64,000 nt of DNA from an uncultured archaeon (GCA_964354805.1 CAYHBD010000010.1:1-64000); one strand, 5' to 3'; positions 9,551 to 19,996 are shown, numbered from the stretch's first letter. Notes: generated from the sequence alone by a model not told the origin. Made by a program: numbers and translations.

Positions 9551-10468
9551 TTATTTAAAACCGGTTTTCCGCTTAATTGCTGCCCTGATTTTGGCAATTG
9601 CTTTTTTTTCATAGTAAGATACAGTTGTTGTTGAGGATGCCCCGAATTTCATTACAATTTCTTGGAGCATTTTGCCTTCGAGACGCCATTTTACAACCTG
9701 TTTTTCCTTTTCACTTAAGCCAGCTTTATCTGCAATCTTGAGTATCTGCTTTTTAATGTCTTCAAATCCAAGCTCTGCGGTTCTTTTAATAATTCCTTTT
9801 TCACCAAGCCTTCTTAAAAAATGCCTTGCAGATTCCGGAATTGTATCAACTGTAAAATAAGCGTCACTCTCTAATGGCTTTGTCATCCTTACGCCAGCAC
9901 CCTCATAAATAATAGGCATTTCTTTGCTTCTTGCCATTGCCACCCTAATTGCGTTTCGGCAAAATAAGTCGGCTCCATTTGTCATCCAGCTGAACACAGT
10001 CATTCCCCTGCCCTTAGCCCCTTTTCTGTTTGGGTCATAATAATCAAGGTTTTCCAAAACATTTGCAATCACGCTGTTTCGAAAGTCGCCAAATGTGCCA
10101 AGTTCTCTTTTTGTTGTATCTGAGGCTTTCCTCCACCACTTGCCGACTACCATTGAAAGACCTTTTTTATGTTCTTCAAGAAGGCTTGCTTTCTGCTTTG
10201 CTTTAAACAAATTCAAGCGCTGCCTTCTTCTGCGCTGCATTGCTGAAATCTGCTCTTTTCTGATCCGCATCACTTCACTCGGGGGTCTGACGCCATAGCG
10301 CTGGTTAATCCGATTTATGGTCGTTTGACTGCGATTGAATCGCCTTCCAATTTCGCTTATTGACAAAGCTGGATCCAGCAATGCTTTCAGAATCGCAGGC
10401 AATTGTCGCCTTGTTTCTTTTGCTCGCACTGCCCAAGACTTATTTTGCCTAAGCGGTTTTTTTGCCAA
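9551..10468 (-). CDS. Sigma-70-like protein (region 2- and region 4-like segments) with extra N-terminal HTH
   Basis: Region 2-like LLEEHKKGLSMVVGKW...LDYYDPNR...FSWMT; region 4-like LSEKEKQVVKWRLEGKMLQEIVMKFG...YEKKAIAKIR; GGAGG RBS before TTG at 10468. Confidence 0.65.
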   Translation of the reverse strand: MAKKPLRQNKSWAVRAKETRRQLPAILKALLDPALSISEIGRRFNRSQTTINRINQRYGVRPPSEVMRIRKEQISAMQRRRRQRLNLFKAKQKASLLEEHKKGLSMVVGKWWRKASDTTKRELGTFGDFRNSVIANVLENLDYYDPNRKGAKGRGMTVFSWMTNGADLFCRNAIRVAMARSKEMPIIYEGAGVRMTKPLESDAYFTVDTIPESARHFLRRLGEKGIIKRTAELGFEDIKKQILKIADKAGLSEKEKQVVKWRLEGKMLQEIVMKFGASSTTTVSYYEKKAIAKIRAAIKRKTGFK

Positions 10469-10521
10469 AATAAATCCTCCTGTAAGTATTATAAAACTTG
10501 AACTATTTATTAATTCTGCAT

Positions 10522-10935
10522 ATGCGCACCGTAATGGCTTTTGGGACTTTTGATTTGCTGCACAAAGGGCATCGGCATTACCTGCTGGAGGCGAAAGCGC
10601 TTGGTGACGAGCTTGTTGTGGTTGTTGCAAGGGACGAAAACGTGCTGAAAATAAAGGGCAAAAAGCCGCTCAACAGCGAGCAGCAGAGGCTGAAAGCTGT
10701 TGAGGGAACAGGGATTGCTGACCAAGTTGTTTTGGGAGACAGGGAAATGAGAAGCTGGGAAATTGTGCAGCGCTTTCACCCAACAATTATTGCATTGGGC
10801 TATGACCAGTGGCCTGCAATAGAATCGCTTAGAAAGGAACTGAATGCAATTGGATTAAGCCCGCTGATTGAAAGAATAAGCGCTTTTGAGCCGCACCGCT
10901 ACAAGAGCAGCAAGATGCGGAACTCAAAGAACTGA
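10522..10935 (+). CDS. ribL: Archaeal FAD synthetase (cytidylyltransferase family)
   Basis: FGTFDLLHKGH, VVVARD, LGYDQ, YKSSK. Confidence 0.85.
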   Translation: MRTVMAFGTFDLLHKGHRHYLLEAKALGDELVVVVARDENVLKIKGKKPLNSEQQRLKAVEGTGIADQVVLGDREMRSWEIVQRFHPTIIALGYDQWPAIESLRKELNAIGLSPLIERISAFEPHRYKSSKMRNSKN

Positions 10936-10977
10936 ATTTAATGCAAAGCCAGGCGGCAAAATGCGCAAAGTAAGGTG

Positions 10978-11208
10978 CTATTTCTTTTTCTTTAAAAAAA
11001 GCCTGCCCAAAATGCCGATTGCAACGAAGTAAATTGAAACCCCGATAACGCACCAGAAGAGCGTGTAATACATTTTGTTCCAGACAAGGAGCTTGGAAGA
11101 ATTGAAAGTGAGCAAAGCCATTACAATAGCCAGGGCAAAGCATATTCCAAGCATCAGGCTGCCAAGCATGACAAATCTGCGCAGTGTTTTTTCCCTAAGC
11201 GGTTTCAT
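10978..11208 (-). CDS. Small two-TM hypothetical protein
   Basis: Two hydrophobic helices flanked by basic termini. Confidence 0.55.
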   Translation of the reverse strand: MKPLREKTLRRFVMLGSLMLGICFALAIVMALLTFNSSKLLVWNKMYYTLFWCVIGVSIYFVAIGILGRLFLKKKK

Positions 11209-11352
11209 CGCTATTAGTAAGGAAAACGTGCTATAAAAACTTTTTTGTTGCCCTCAAAAAAGCCATAAGCGGTTAGCAGTTACTACCACCCCCCTTGTAA
11301 CTCATTTTTGTTAAGCAAAACATTTTTAAGTAATGCACGGCATAATTTTGGT

Positions 11353-11892
11353 ATGAACAGGACAAGGCTGCTTGTTTTTTCCGGTATGCTGGCTGCTTTG
11401 AGCCTTTTGCTGCAGTTCTACCACCTTTTCTACAAGTTTGTTTTCATTGACATTGACATTGTTGGCCTGCCATGGATGATTGCGTCAATGCTGTTCGGCT
11501 TGGAGGCAGGCTTGATTGTTTCAGGCATTTCTGCAATAGGGATTGCTTTCATTGCCGAAACGCAGTGGGTCGGGGCTGCAATGAAGTTTTTTGCGACAAT
11601 TGTGGCTGTTGTTATCATCGGCGCAGTAAGGTCAAGGTTTGGGTTCAACAAAAAACTTTTGTTCGCAGGTTTCCTGGCATCAATGGTTTTGAGGCCTGTT
11701 CTGATGGTTTTTTTCAACTACTATTTTGCCATACCTGTTTTTTTCAAAGTGCCGACAGAGGCTGCATTGAAGCAATTTCCTGTTGAAATAGTTCTGGTTG
11801 CAAACGCTATTCTCATGGCAATAGAGTTTGCGTTAGCCTACTTTATTGTTTTCAAAACAAGGCTTAGGGCGCAGTTGAATGTTCAGGGCTGA
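11353..11892 (+). CDS. ECF transporter S component (substrate unknown)
   Basis: ~6 TM with GMLAALS (AxxxA-like) motif; directly upstream of ECF ATPase and T genes. Confidence 0.8.
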   Translation: MNRTRLLVFSGMLAALSLLLQFYHLFYKFVFIDIDIVGLPWMIASMLFGLEAGLIVSGISAIGIAFIAETQWVGAAMKFFATIVAVVIIGAVRSRFGFNKKLLFAGFLASMVLRPVLMVFFNYYFAIPVFFKVPTEAALKQFPVEIVLVANAILMAIEFALAYFIVFKTRLRAQLNVQG

Positions 11893-13054
11893 AAATATTG
11901 GGATTTCTTTCGGCAAAAAGCAGGTAATCGGCGGCTTCAATATTCGCTTTGCTGAAGGGCAAAGATTGGCAGTAATAGGCAGGAATGGCAGCGGCAAAAC
12001 AACGCTTGCCTTGTACTTAAGCAGCGTGATACCAGAATTCATTGAGGCAAATGTTTGGGGAAAGTGCAATTTCAGGGAAAAAACAGGCCTGCTGATGCAG
12101 AACCCTTCAGCGCAGTTCTTTTCGCTTTCGGTAAAAGAGGAACTGGCTGGCTTGAACATTGATTGTAAACGCTTTGGCATTTCGCACTTGGTTGAAAAAA
12201 CTGTTTTTGAATTAAGCGAGGGTGAAAAGCAAAAAGTGAACCTTGCAGTCAACCTTTCGGCCGGCTTTCCAATCCTTGCATTGGATGAACCGCTTGAATT
12301 GCTTGATCCCCTTGAATGCAACAGGTTCATGAAAATAATAGAAAAAGAAAAAGATGCTGCCCTGCTTTGGTTTGACAAGGATGAAAGATTTGCAAATAAA
12401 TTTCAAAAGGTTTTTTTGCAGCAGCCGGTTAAGCCTGGTTTGCCTGAAAAGAAGGAAAACAAAACAGGCAAAATTGCATTGAGGGCTGATTTTTCCTTTG
12501 AAAGGAACGGCTTTTCTCTTAATGTAAAAGATTTCAGGCTAATGCAGGGTGAAAAGATTGCGTTAATCGGATTGAATGGCTCTGGAAAAACAACATTGCT
12601 CAAGCTGCTTGCTGGGATTGAAAAAGGAAAAGGTGCTGTTGAAACGCATGAGCCAATCAGCTTTGTTCCGCAGGTGCCTAGCCATGTTTTCTTCAATGAA
12701 ACATTGCAAAGCGAGCTATTGAACAGGCAAAACGCAGAATCCCTTGGCATAACAGGCCTGCTGCAGCAGGCGCCCAACACTTTGAGCAAGGGGCAGCAGA
12801 AGCTGGCGAGCATTGCAACAATTAGGAAAAGCGGGATTGCTTTCCTCGATGAGCCCACAACATGGCTTGATTGTTTCAGCAAAGCAAGGGTCTACAATTT
12901 TATTAACGAAAGCAGGCAGCCGATGGTAATTGCAACGCACGACAGGGAATTGCTGCGCTACTGTGACAGGGTTTTTTTGGTTGAAAAGGGGGTGTTGAGG
13001 CAATGTTCCAATACAGCGGTAAATCGCTTTTTTCAAAGCAGCCTGAGTGGCTGA
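11879..13054 (+). CDS. ECF transporter ATPase with two ABC domains
   Basis: GRNGSGKT/LSEGEKQ/LDEP and GLNGSGKT/LSKGQQ/LDEPT/ATHD. Confidence 0.9.
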   Translation: MFRAENIGISFGKKQVIGGFNIRFAEGQRLAVIGRNGSGKTTLALYLSSVIPEFIEANVWGKCNFREKTGLLMQNPSAQFFSLSVKEELAGLNIDCKRFGISHLVEKTVFELSEGEKQKVNLAVNLSAGFPILALDEPLELLDPLECNRFMKIIEKEKDAALLWFDKDERFANKFQKVFLQQPVKPGLPEKKENKTGKIALRADFSFERNGFSLNVKDFRLMQGEKIALIGLNGSGKTTLLKLLAGIEKGKGAVETHEPISFVPQVPSHVFFNETLQSELLNRQNAESLGITGLLQQAPNTLSKGQQKLASIATIRKSGIAFLDEPTTWLDCFSKARVYNFINESRQPMVIATHDRELLRYCDRVFLVEKGVLRQCSNTAVNRFFQSSLSG

Positions 13055-13605
13055 AGCTCGGGATTTTTGCAGCAATTACTGTTCTCGCATTTTTGTTCAC
13101 TGAGATTTGGCAGCAGGCTTTTCTTTTCCTTTTCAGCCTAATGGTGCTGCTGCTCAGCAGATACAAAGAGGTGCACAAATTATTCTTTGGCATGCTTCCG
13201 TTCCTGCTGCTTGTTGATTTTTCGTTTTACTTCTTCTTTTGGAACACAACTCTTGACCTGAACAAATTGGTAATAGCCTCAAACCTGAGGATTCTGTCGA
13301 TTTTGTTTGCGGCAACATTCTTTGTTTTCTCTACAGACTTGTACAAGGCAGCCAAGTTTATGGAAAAAAAGCATTTTCCGGAAAGCATTTATTTGCCGTT
13401 CTATGTAATGTTGCGTTTTCTGCCTGAACTGGAAAGAGACCTGGTTGAAATAAGAAGCATCCAGAAAACAAGGGGCATTACTGCAAAAAAACCATTCAAA
13501 TACCTGAAATCAATTCTTCTGCCCCTGCTTTTCACAATGTTCGAAAAAGCAGAAGACATCTCAATCGCCTACTACCTGCGGAAAAAAAGGGAAAAAGCTA
13601 TTTAG
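13003..13605 (+). CDS. ecfT: ECF transporter transmembrane T component (EcfT/CbiQ family)
   Basis: LRFLP...QKTRG motif and TM helices. Confidence 0.85.
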   Translation: MFQYSGKSLFSKQPEWLKLGIFAAITVLAFLFTEIWQQAFLFLFSLMVLLLSRYKEVHKLFFGMLPFLLLVDFSFYFFFWNTTLDLNKLVIASNLRILSILFAATFFVFSTDLYKAAKFMEKKHFPESIYLPFYVMLRFLPELERDLVEIRSIQKTRGITAKKPFKYLKSILLPLLFTMFEKAEDISIAYYLRKKREKAI

Positions 13606-13645
13606 CTGACCATTGCCTGTTCAATGCCGGAAGGAAAAAATCCGT

Positions 13646-14908
13646 TTAGCGCATTATTGTCTCTGTTCTGCCAGGCCCGATTGAAACAATCTTTATTGGA
13701 ACGCCGATTTCCTTTTCAATGAACTGAACATACTGCCTTGCTGCAGGAGGCAGTTGCTGGAACTTCTTTTCTGTTCCCTTAATATTGAATCCCTTGAATT
13801 TTTTGAAAATAGGCTTGCACTGCCCGATCTGCTGCAAATCAGTCGGGCACTGCTGCATGCTTTTCTCTTCACACTTGTATGCAACGCAAACATTTATTTC
13901 CTGCAATCCGCTGAGCACATCCAGCTTTGTTAAAGCAATCTCCGTAAAGCCGTTCAACCTTTGGGCTGTTTTCAGCAAAACCAAATCAAGCCAGCCAACC
14001 CTCCTCGGCCTTCCTGTTGTTGTCCCAAATTCAGCGCCAACCTCCCTGATTTTGTCGCCAAGCTCGTCCAGCAACTCTGTTACAAAAGGGCCACTGCCAA
14101 CTCTTGTGGTATAAGCCTTTGCAACTCCAATCACGCGCTGGATTGACTGCAATCCCAGCCCAACTCCAGTGAAAATGGCTCCGGCAGTCGGGTGGCTGCT
14201 TGTGACAAAAGGATAAGTTCCAAAATCAATATCCAAAAAAGTGCCTTGTGCGCCCTCAAACAAAACGGTTTTCTTTTGCTTTAATGCTTCGGTTACTGCA
14301 ACTGAAACATCAGCCAAATGCTCTTTCAATTTTTGCCCGAATGCATTATATTCTGAAAAAATCTGTTCTTTTGACAATTGCATTTCGCTGTTGTAAACAG
14401 CGTGCAGCATTTTTTCCTTCACTGGAAAAACAGAATCCAATCGCTCTTTTAATCTTCCTTCATCAACCAGTTCGCAGAACCGAATCCCTGTTCTGTCTGC
14501 CCTGTCAGCATAGCATGGGCCAATGCCCCTGCCTGTTGTGCCGATTTTCTCTTTTCCTTTTGCCTGCTCTGCTGTTGCATCAAACATTTTGTGCCAGGGC
14601 ATCACAATCTGGGTTCTCGGGTCAATAAAAAGTGTGTACTTGCATTTTCCCTCTAATTCCTGCATTTCCTCCAGCAGCACAGCTGGGTCAAGGGCAACCC
14701 CTGCTGCAATGCAGCATTTCTTTCCCTGGATTGCGCCGCTCGGCATCAGGTGGAATTTGAATTTCTCGCCTTTCACAACAACAGTGTGCCCTGCATTGTT
14801 TCCGCCGTTAAAGCGGACAACAAAATCCGCTTTGCCAGCAAGCAAATCAACTATTTTGCCCTTTCCTTCATCACCAAACTGCGCACCAATAACAACGCTA
14901 GCAGGCAT
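13646..14908 (-). CDS. purA: Adenylosuccinate synthetase
   Basis: GAQFGDEGKGK, GGNNAGHT, GTTGRGIGP, EGAQG, GTTTGRPRR; start trimmed to MPASVVIG. Confidence 0.97.
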   Translation of the reverse strand: MPASVVIGAQFGDEGKGKIVDLLAGKADFVVRFNGGNNAGHTVVVKGEKFKFHLMPSGAIQGKKCCIAAGVALDPAVLLEEMQELEGKCKYTLFIDPRTQIVMPWHKMFDATAEQAKGKEKIGTTGRGIGPCYADRADRTGIRFCELVDEGRLKERLDSVFPVKEKMLHAVYNSEMQLSKEQIFSEYNAFGQKLKEHLADVSVAVTEALKQKKTVLFEGAQGTFLDIDFGTYPFVTSSHPTAGAIFTGVGLGLQSIQRVIGVAKAYTTRVGSGPFVTELLDELGDKIREVGAEFGTTTGRPRRVGWLDLVLLKTAQRLNGFTEIALTKLDVLSGLQEINVCVAYKCEEKSMQQCPTDLQQIGQCKPIFKKFKGFNIKGTEKKFQQLPPAARQYVQFIEKEIGVPIKIVSIGPGRTETIMR

Positions 14909-14973
14909 TTGAAAACTCACCAATAGAAAGCGAACACAGAAAGGGTTTTTAAATAAATGCAGCGAAAACGAAA

Positions 14974-16401
14974 TTAGGCCTGTTTCTCTTTTTGTTTTCC
15001 TTCTTTCAGTCTTTCTTTGGATTTTGTTATTTGGCTTGTAATGCCTTCCAGCCATTTTTGTTTGCTTTGCTCAAACTCTTTTTTTGCCTTGTCCACATCT
15101 TCTTTGGTTTGCGCGCTGAGCAGCTTTGTGGCAGCTTGTTTTTGTTTTTCTTCCAGTTCTTTCAGGTCAATCTTTTCAAACATTTCATCGGTTTTCTCAA
15201 CAGCAGGCTTTTTTGCTACAAAAACGCCAACCGTTGTGCCGATGTTTGAGAATAAAATTATTAGGAAAACTATCTGGACAAGAGCTGTCTGCTCTGCTAT
15301 TGCCGCGCCCATTATTGCAGGATATGTTGCAAGGATTGCTGCTGCAAGGCCCCTGGCCATCAAATTCTGCAGAATGGCCTTGTCTTCGCGCAGCTCTTTT
15401 TTTATTTTCACAAAAAGCCATGCTGCAACAGCCCTTGCAACTATGATGAGAAACATTAATGCAAGGGCGATTGCAACCAGTTCAATTGTTACGCTGCTTA
15501 ATTCAAAGATTATTCCAATGTAAATGAAGAAGAATGTCCTGATGAAGAAGCTTATTTCTTTTTGGAAAAGGGTTATGTCAGTGTCAAGCTGGCATTGCCG
15601 CATTTTCAGGAAGGAAGTGATTTCTTTTGCGTTTCCAAGTACCAGCCCAAAAACAAGGGCTGCAATTGCCCCGTTTGCATGGGCGTATTCCGTTAAAAAA
15701 TACAGGAAAAAGAGCACTGCGATTGTGAGAATGTACTGGTGCTCTTTTACTGCCCTTAAATCGCGAAGCAGCACAAGCCAGTATATTGCAAAAACAAAGC
15801 CAAGGACAGCCGCAATCGAGAATGCCCCGAGCAGGCTTTCAACCACCTGCCTTAATTCAAGTGTTTGCATCAAAAATATTTCAATCAATGCGATTGTTGC
15901 AATAATGCACAATGCGTCAGTTAAGGCGCTTTCAAGCGCTAGAACAATCCTTGTTTCCTCTTTCACCTGCAGGCTGTTCACCAAAGGAATTATTATTGCG
16001 CTGCATGTTCCGGAAATTATTACCCCAAGCATTAGGGCGACAAGCATGTTCCACCCAAGCAAAAACATCATTGAGGCAGTGAACAAAACAGTCAGGGCAA
16101 AGCAAAATATTGCAAATCCAAAGGCAGGGCTAACCTCTTTTATTACCTTGTAAAAATTCAGCTTCAGGCCGCCCTCAAACAACAGCATTATCAAAGTCAG
16201 GGCAGCAAAAAACGGGACAATTGTCTTAAAGAAACCTATTGTCGGAACATCGATAAAATTAAACAAGGGCCCTATTGCCAGGCCAACCAGCATTAGCAAA
16301 ACAGTGTCTGAAATTTTTGTTTTCTTGAACAAAATCTGGCCAAAAAAGCCAATGACAATCACGCTTGCAACCAGCAGGAAGCCGCTCAATACATCAACCA
16401 T
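14974..16401 (-). CDS. Cation:proton antiporter (CPA1/NhaP-like)
   Basis: ~12 TM; LFEGG, ESALTD, ARGLAAA motifs. Confidence 0.85.
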   Translation of the reverse strand: MVDVLSGFLLVASVIVIGFFGQILFKKTKISDTVLLMLVGLAIGPLFNFIDVPTIGFFKTIVPFFAALTLIMLLFEGGLKLNFYKVIKEVSPAFGFAIFCFALTVLFTASMMFLLGWNMLVALMLGVIISGTCSAIIIPLVNSLQVKEETRIVLALESALTDALCIIATIALIEIFLMQTLELRQVVESLLGAFSIAAVLGFVFAIYWLVLLRDLRAVKEHQYILTIAVLFFLYFLTEYAHANGAIAALVFGLVLGNAKEITSFLKMRQCQLDTDITLFQKEISFFIRTFFFIYIGIIFELSSVTIELVAIALALMFLIIVARAVAAWLFVKIKKELREDKAILQNLMARGLAAAILATYPAIMGAAIAEQTALVQIVFLIILFSNIGTTVGVFVAKKPAVEKTDEMFEKIDLKELEEKQKQAATKLLSAQTKEDVDKAKKEFEQSKQKWLEGITSQITKSKERLKEGKQKEKQA

Positions 16402-16517
16402 AAACAGTAAATTAAAACAGCAAGGTAGTATTAAAAGCTTGGGGATGGACTCAGAACAGGGCAATGTTTTTTGGCTGCAAAAACAACTTTTTTAAACTGT
16501 TTGAAAGCAAATATTGT

Positions 16518-17975
16518 ATGGTTGGCAAAAATAATAGCCCTGAACTGGCTCTGACTTTTGATGATGTTCTTCTTCTTCCAGGAGCAAGCGATGTTCTGCC
16601 CAAGGATGCAAGCCTGCAGACAAGGCTGAGCAAAAAAATCAAATTAAATATTCCATTGCTGAGCGCTGCAATGGACACTGTTACTGAAAGCGAGACTGCC
16701 ATTGCAATAGCAAGGCAGGGCGGCCTTGGAGTAGTGCACAGAAACATGGGCATTGAGGAACAGGCAACCGAGGTTGAAAAGGTAAAGAGAAGCGAATTCC
16801 TGATTATAAACAACCCCATATGCGTCCAGCCAAATGATTCGCTTGAAAAAATCATGCAATTGGTTAAGGCAACAAAGGTGAAAAGCTTTCCGGTAACCGA
16901 GGCAGGAAAGGTTGTTGGAATAATTACAAGCAGGGACATGCTGTTTGAAACTGATTTAAGGAAAAAAGCAGCAGACATAATGACAAAAGAAGTGATAACA
17001 ATTGACCATGAGCCGAGCGTTGACGAGGCAAAGGCATTGCTGCACAAGCACAGGGTTGAAAAGCTGCCAATAGTTGACAAGGAAAAGCGCTTGGTTGGAA
17101 TGCTTACTGCAACAGACATAAGAAAGCAGGAAAAATTCCCTGAAGCATCAAAAGACAAGGCAGGCAGGTTAATGGTTGCAGCAGCTGTTGGCCCAAGCGA
17201 TGACGAAAGGGTTTCCAAATTGCTGGCAGTGGATGTGGACGCAATATTCATTGACACAGCGCACGGGCACAGCAAAATGGTAATAGATGCAGTGAAAAGA
17301 TTCAAGCGGCTGTTTAAGGCAGAGGTTATTGCCGGAAATGTTGCAACAGCAGCAGCTGTTCATGACCTTGCTGCTGCCGGAGCAGATGCGATAAAGGTCG
17401 GTGTTGGCCCTGGAAGCATTTGCACCACTCGCGTTATAACCGGGGTTGGAGTGCCGCAATTCAGCGCAATAATGCACTGCGCTGAGGCAGCGGAAAAATA
17501 TGATATTCCAATTATTGCTGACGGCGGAGTGAAATACAGCGGAGACATTACCAAAGCGATTGCTGCTGGGGCAAGCAGTGTAATGATTGGCAGCATCTTT
17601 GCAGGCTGCGATGAAACTCCAGGGAGAACAATTTTCCTGAACAACAGGAAATTCAAGCAATACAGGGGAATGGGTTCGGTTGCAGCAATGCAGAAAGGCA
17701 GCAACGAGCGCTATTTGCAGGGGCATGTGGATGAGAAAAGCAAGCTTGTTCCTGAGGGAGTTGAAGGGATTGTTCCATTCAAGGGAAGCATTGCCGAAAC
17801 AGTTTTCCAATTGCTTGGCGGCCTTAGGAGCGGAATGGGAATGGTTGGCGCAAAAAACATTGCCATGCTGAGAACAAAAACAAATTTCATCAGAATAACA
17901 GAAGCAAGCCTGCGGGAATCGCATCCGCATGATGTCATAATAACAGAGCAGAGCCCGAATTATCCCGGGATGTAA
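16518..17975 (+). CDS. guaB: IMP dehydrogenase with CBS domains
   Basis: [41 protein letters not shown]. Confidence 0.97.
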   Translation: MVGKNNSPELALTFDDVLLLPGASDVLPKDASLQTRLSKKIKLNIPLLSAAMDTVTESETAIAIARQGGLGVVHRNMGIEEQATEVEKVKRSEFLIINNPICVQPNDSLEKIMQLVKATKVKSFPVTEAGKVVGIITSRDMLFETDLRKKAADIMTKEVITIDHEPSVDEAKALLHKHRVEKLPIVDKEKRLVGMLTATDIRKQEKFPEASKDKAGRLMVAAAVGPSDDERVSKLLAVDVDAIFIDTAHGHSKMVIDAVKRFKRLFKAEVIAGNVATAAAVHDLAAAGADAIKVGVGPGSICTTRVITGVGVPQFSAIMHCAEAAEKYDIPIIADGGVKYSGDITKAIAAGASSVMIGSIFAGCDETPGRTIFLNNRKFKQYRGMGSVAAMQKGSNERYLQGHVDEKSKLVPEGVEGIVPFKGSIAETVFQLLGGLRSGMGMVGAKNIAMLRTKTNFIRITEASLRESHPHDVIITEQSPNYPGM

Positions 17976-17985
17976 TTCAAATTTT

Positions 17986-18573
17986 CTATTCCAAGCCAAT
18001 TCTGTCTTTTATTTTTTTAATTGCCTCTATAGATAAAGTAAAAAAATCGTCCATAGGCAGTCCAGCCGGTTCTATTTCTTTGACTAGCTCTCTGTTGCAA
18101 TTTGCCGCAAATTTTTTGTCATTGAATTTTTTCTTTAATCCTTTTGCGTCCATTTCTGAGATTCTTTTTCCCCTCATTAAGGCATATGCATAAATGATTC
18201 CGGTCAATGTTTCGGCAGCGGTAAGACAATGCTGTATTTTTGAGTTTCTTTTTTTGTCTTTTAACAGGGGAATTTCATCATAACCAATCCCATGAGATTG
18301 TACGTTTTCTATGAATGTATCATCAAAACCTTTTGCTTTCAGTATTTCTACTGCTTTAATGCAGTGTTCTCTCCAATCATTTCTTGTTAATGCCCAATCA
18401 ACGTCGTGTAATAAGCCGAGCATCCCCCAATACTCAATGTTTTCGCCAAATTTTTCAGCTAACGCCCTCATAATCGCTTCTGTTTCTAAATAATGGTTCA
18501 TATCAGAATTAGCTTGGGGCATACTTTTCAGTAAAACAATTGCTTCTTCTCTTGTTATCGGCAAACTATTCAT
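17986..18573 (-). CDS. HD-superfamily hydrolase (HDIG type)
   Basis: H...GLLHDVDW...H...SH motif set; FAANCNRE C-terminal motif. Confidence 0.8.
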   Translation of the reverse strand: MNSLPITREEAIVLLKSMPQANSDMNHYLETEAIMRALAEKFGENIEYWGMLGLLHDVDWALTRNDWREHCIKAVEILKAKGFDDTFIENVQSHGIGYDEIPLLKDKKRNSKIQHCLTAAETLTGIIYAYALMRGKRISEMDAKGLKKKFNDKKFAANCNRELVKEIEPAGLPMDDFFTLSIEAIKKIKDRIGLE

Positions 18574-18610
18574 TTTCTCACATTGGTTTATTGACCTATT
18601 TAACAGCCAG

Positions 18611-18623
18611 TGCACGGGGGCGG
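18611..18623 (-). repeat. Duplicate of tRNA-Leu 3' end
   Basis: TGCACGGGGGCGG is identical at 18611-18623 and 18691-18703. Confidence 0.75.
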
Positions 18624-18690
18624 TTTCAACACGCCACTACGTAGGCGTGGTTGTGCCCGTTCGACCCAACAGGGCTTCTTCGAAGCCCTA

Positions 18691-18871
18691 TGCACGGGGG
18701 CGGGTTCGAACCGCCGAACGCACTAAGCGACAGGATTTCGCAAGCCCTCTCTTTGTTTTCTTTTTCCCAGGGCTTTTCTTGGCGAAGCCCTTTTTCTTTC
18801 CCAAGGCTTTCTTTTTTCAAAAAAGAAAGGCTTCTTGAGTCCTGCGGGTTTGACCGCTTCCCTACCCGTGC
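18691..18871 (-). tRNA. tRNA-Leu(CAA) with ~97-nt intron at 37/38 (18737-18833)
   Basis: Acceptor GCACGGG/CCCGTGC-A; anticodon stem CAGGA/TCCTG with CT-CAA-G; long variable arm; GGTTCGAACC T-loop; BHB-like junction with one mismatch. Confidence 0.9.
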
Positions 18872-18919
18872 ATTAAGATAATTTTAATAAGAAAAAGGAA
18901 TATTAAAAGCTTGCCCTTC

Positions 18920-19330
18920 TCAAAATTCGAGCAAATCCCCGACTTTTATCATCGGGAACCTGCCTTCCGCCCTGACAAAGATTGCACCGTGCTCTCCTTT
19001 CACCATGGCATTGGGGCTCTTGCTTCCTAACTGCAAATCAATGATGCGCAATTGCGTAGCCTGCACTTTTGTTTTCGCCTTTTTGCTTATTACACCGCTT
19101 GCAACAATGCCCTGCAGCATTAGGCTGTCCTGCACATGGAAAACCCCGGTAACCTGAAAGGCATTGCCCATCATTGGCGTTTCAGCAATTGTAACTATTT
19201 CGTCCTTTACCTTTTTCTTTTCTTTAAGCTCAACTTCCATTGCCTTGCGCTTGCTTGCCTCAGGAATGCACACTCCAAGGCTGCGCTTTTTATCCTTTTC
19301 AAAAAGGCGCTGCAGAATCTCCATAACCAA
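18920..19330 (-). CDS. EF-Tu domain II-like beta-barrel protein (Pbp11-like)
   Basis: FQVTGVF...LQGIVASG...KGEHGAIFV...IKVGDLLEF pattern. Confidence 0.55.
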   Translation of the reverse strand: MVMEILQRLFEKDKKRSLGVCIPEASKRKAMEVELKEKKKVKDEIVTIAETPMMGNAFQVTGVFHVQDSLMLQGIVASGVISKKAKTKVQATQLRIIDLQLGSKSPNAMVKGEHGAIFVRAEGRFPMIKVGDLLEF

Positions 19331-19342
19331 CCCTCTGCTCCC

Positions 19343-19430
19343 TTATATTATAGGTTATACTTAATCTCGCCCACATGAGGCTAAACAACTTCTCCTCTTC
19401 CCCAACCTTTATATTATAGGTTATACCTAA
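19343..19430. promoter_or_regulatory. 18-bp direct repeat in a divergent promoter region
   Basis: TTATATTATAGGTTATAC at 19343-19360 and 19409-19426. Confidence 0.55.
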
Positions 19431-19463
19431 ATGATTAAAAAATTGCCCATTCTTACTATTATC

Positions 19464-19949
19464 ATGAAACCGGCTGTTTACTGGAGAAGTGCCCTTGGCC
19501 TTTTCTGGGCATTCATGTTCTTCATTCTATTGTCACTTGTAATAGGCTTAACCTACTTGGAGAAGCTTGTCTTCTACCCTTATGCGATTTTTTTAAGCGC
19601 AATCCTTATTGTTTTCCTTGCTGCATTCGCATTATTCAAAAAAAGGTCAAAGGCAGGGCTTTACCTTTGCTTAATCCTCTCAGCACTTTTTGCATTAAAC
19701 CAGATTGCGACACTTTTCATTCTGTTAACCCAGCCATCTGAAATCCTGCCAACAGAGGTATTCAGCGCAGTTGCCAGCCTGCAGTCAACGCCCTTCCCGT
19801 TGATTGTTTCAGCCCTGCTTTTAATCTGGGCTCTGCTGCTCTGCATTGTCACCTGGAAGAGCAGGCCGTTGTTTGCGCCTGACATGCAAAAGGAACAAAT
19901 TGCATGGTTTGAACAGGTGCAAAAAACAGAGGCTTATTCCTTCAAATAA
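19464..19949 (+). CDS. Four-TM hypothetical membrane protein
   Basis: Four hydrophobic segments. Confidence 0.6.
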   Translation: MKPAVYWRSALGLFWAFMFFILLSLVIGLTYLEKLVFYPYAIFLSAILIVFLAAFALFKKRSKAGLYLCLILSALFALNQIATLFILLTQPSEILPTEVFSAVASLQSTPFPLIVSALLLIWALLLCIVTWKSRPLFAPDMQKEQIAWFEQVQKTEAYSFK

Positions 19950-19996
19950 CGGCTTTGCCGAAGCAAGTTTTATGCTCAATTTATTCTTTCTTTCCC

